DNA of 64,000 bases, taken from Raja brachyura (taxonomy: Eukaryota). Below the pieces are notes generated by a model, which was given only the letters and a program-made list of their open reading frames with translations, had not been told where the DNA came from and searched no databases. This document shows, piece after piece, positions 61,885 to 64,000 of the stretch. The translations under genes and the position numbers were made by a program. Location of the stretch: the NCBI GenBank assembly GCA_963514005.1, contig OY740801.1, positions 23,560,001-23,624,000 of the forward strand, read 5' to 3'. Every line of letters starts with the position of its first letter. Within the stretch, counting starts at the first letter, position 1.

Positions 61885-62270
61885 CCAGCAGAGCGAGATG
61901 TCCGTCGGGGAATGTTGCCGACTGGCCCACTGCAGACTGCAGGAGTACGTACTGAGGGACGCACTGAAGCTCGGTGCAGCCAACGCCAAGGCTCGGTGGG
62001 GGAGGGCCACAGTCTAAGGTCCTTCCGCTGCTGGACATGGGGGGCACTGTATGGTGGAGACGCCCCTCAAAACAAGGGAAGGTATCCCATGCCGGGGGGC
62101 CACATGAGTGGCACGGGTGGGGGATCGATTCGTGAAATTTGAAAAATATATATAGACTGTATGGAGACATTTGTATAGCCTCCGAAAATGTTGGATGGAT
62201 TTTTTTCGCACGGTTGATGTATTGTATATATTTATTACTCGAATAAAGTCTATTTTGAAATTAAAAAAAA
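61885..62270 (+). mobile_element. 5'-truncated copy of the Tx1/Keno-like element
   Basis: Closely matches 11434-11820; poly(A); 16-bp TSD GGTTAAATACAAGAGG at 61847-61862 and 62271-62286. Confidence 0.95.
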
Positions 62271-63751
62271 GGTTAAATACAAGAGGAAAGAATCCCATAA
62301 ATACCAGGACCCTTGGGGGCACTGATGTACAGAGAGATTTTGGGAAGCAAGTCCATGGCTCCCTAGTAGTTGAAACACTAATTTGTGACTTTTTTCCCCA
62401 GGGTGGAAATGTCAAATACTAGAGGGCACAGCTTTAAGATGATAGGTAGATAGTTTAAAGAAGCTTTGCGAGTCAAGTTTTTTTTTACACAGGGAATGGT
62501 GGATTCCTGGTGGTAGAACTATGTGATAGCAACATTTATACAGGCCTTTATGCAGACACATGAATTGGCAAAGAATGGTAGAAAATGGATCTTGTGCAGG
62601 CAGCTGGGATTATTTTCATTGGGCATCATGATCAGTGCAGACATGATGGCCAGAAGAACATCTTCCTCTGCTGCACTGCTCTACGTTCTCAATTTTCCCT
62701 GCTATTTTTCAGATCTCTGTTGTTGTATTCCTTTTGGAATTCTGCCCTCCGGCTTACATTAACTTCTCTTTTTACTTCCTGCAGAAAAGTTTATAATTAT
62801 TTTGTTAAATTTCCTCTCCTATGCATTTGGCTGTTGCACTGGCCTATCAATACTGTCATGAACTCTCCTCCTCACAGTTAATTACGCTTCCTACATTTCA
62901 AACTTTGCTTTCTTATCCACTACACCAGACCAATCCTCATTATCCATTGGCCTTTATAAGATGGAGTTATCATGGTGTACTGTTTGTGCTGCTCCTCAGT
63001 AAAATACCTTTTTTTGGAATGAGTTATGCATTGTCTGCAATAAGTTTTGCATTGTCTGCAAATTTGGAAATTGTCCTCCACACTCTCAAGTCAAAGCGTG
63101 AATATATATTACGAAAAGCAGTGGACCAAGTAGCGGCCCCTAGGGAACACTGCCCTCCATTCCAAGAAACAATCTTTCATTGTTACTCTCCACAAAATGA
63201 AAAATGATTTTGTAAATTCAAATGTTGTTGTTTTCAAAGTAGATTTTTTCAAGGGTACATCTCAAATGTACTGACATCAATGTGTTCGAGGTGCCATATT
63301 TTCCATGGTGCCAGGTGTTCAAGTAAGTATACAACATTCCTCCTTAGTCCACCTTGTTAATTGAAAGCAAGAAGTTATTTGGCTGAATTAAAACCAGAAA
63401 ATGCTGAAATATACTGACATCAGATAGTATCCGTGGAAAATGAATTAATTTAACTTTCCCACCACTGTGGAAGACTCACCAACCTGTAGTTCCCTAGGTT
63501 ATACTTATTGCCCTTCTTAAATCAAGGCAGATTATTGACTTTATCTTCAATCTTCTGCTACCTCAACCATGGCTAATGAAGTTACAAAATCCCTGCTAGG
63601 GCCCCAGCAAGTTTCCTTGTGTTTCTCACAACAAGCCATGGGAGAGTGGGGGCTGTCCCGAGGAATGCACACCTTCGGCCGCATTCAATTTGGTGCTTGG
63701 GTTCAGATTGTCCAGTCACCTATGGCTTGTGTGGGAAAATGAACCCCATGA

Positions 63752-63860
63752 TCCCGCCTCTCCCCCCCTTCTCTCCCTTCTCTCTCCCCTCTTCTCTCTC
63801 TCCTCCTCTCTCTCCCCCTCCCTTCTCTCTTCCCCCCCCCGCTCTCTCCCCCCCCCCCCG
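63752..63860. repeat. Polypyrimidine (CT-rich) low-complexity tract
   Basis: Almost pure C/T run. Confidence 0.85.
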
Positions 63861-64000
63861 CGGTAGCATCCCATAGTCACTGACTGCTATGACCAACATC
63901 AGACCCCAACCTCCACACCAGGGTGACCCCCTCCCCCCCCCTCCGGCAACGGCAAGTCCGTTATTGGACTTTTCTGTTTAGCGGGAGTCGGTCTGTTGGC

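Larger units (their letters stand above)
61400..62690 (+). mobile_element. Old CR1 fragment hosting the SINE copy 2 and the truncated Tx1
   Basis: AAGTTTAATCCAGACATGTGTGAG, ACTAGAGGGCACAGCTTTAAG and TTTTTACACAGGGAATGG CR1 motifs. Confidence 0.65.

Overview
Eukaryotic, repeat-dominated intergenic or intronic DNA. The repeat repertoire (many CR1 LINEs, Rex1/Babar, V-SINE/HE1-like and Deu-like SINEs, Penelope remnants, DIRS) points to a cartilaginous fish such as a skate, ray or shark; this is an inference. No host protein-coding gene can be supported. The large elements are: a degenerate Ty3/Gypsy LTR element (-, ~1.0-5.5 kb); an apparently intact Tx1/Keno-like LINE (+, 6.27-11.82 kb) whose 5' end is U2 snRNA nt 1-48; a CR1-group LINE remnant (-, 16.2-18.1 kb); a 5'-truncated DIRS1-type tyrosine-recombinase retroelement (+, ~21.3-26.06 kb); several CR1 copies; and a near full-length decayed Rex1/Babar (-, 55.0-58.2 kb). 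The most interesting signals are: (1) two copies of a ~140-150 bp TSD-flanked SINE-like element whose first 54 nt fold by eye into a minimal CPEB3/HDV-like self-cleaving ribozyme starting exactly at the element 5' end; (2) a 5'-truncated Tx1 copy with (GGGTTA)4 telomeric repeats between its TSD and its 5' end; (3) the U2-headed intact Tx1 sitting outside a U2 gene; (4) a Gypsy insertion with a 90-bp target duplication and a 3' LTR cut to 25 bp; (5) Penelope-related mini-elements with hammerhead-like cores. All alignments and folds were done by eye, and boundaries of old repeats are approximate.
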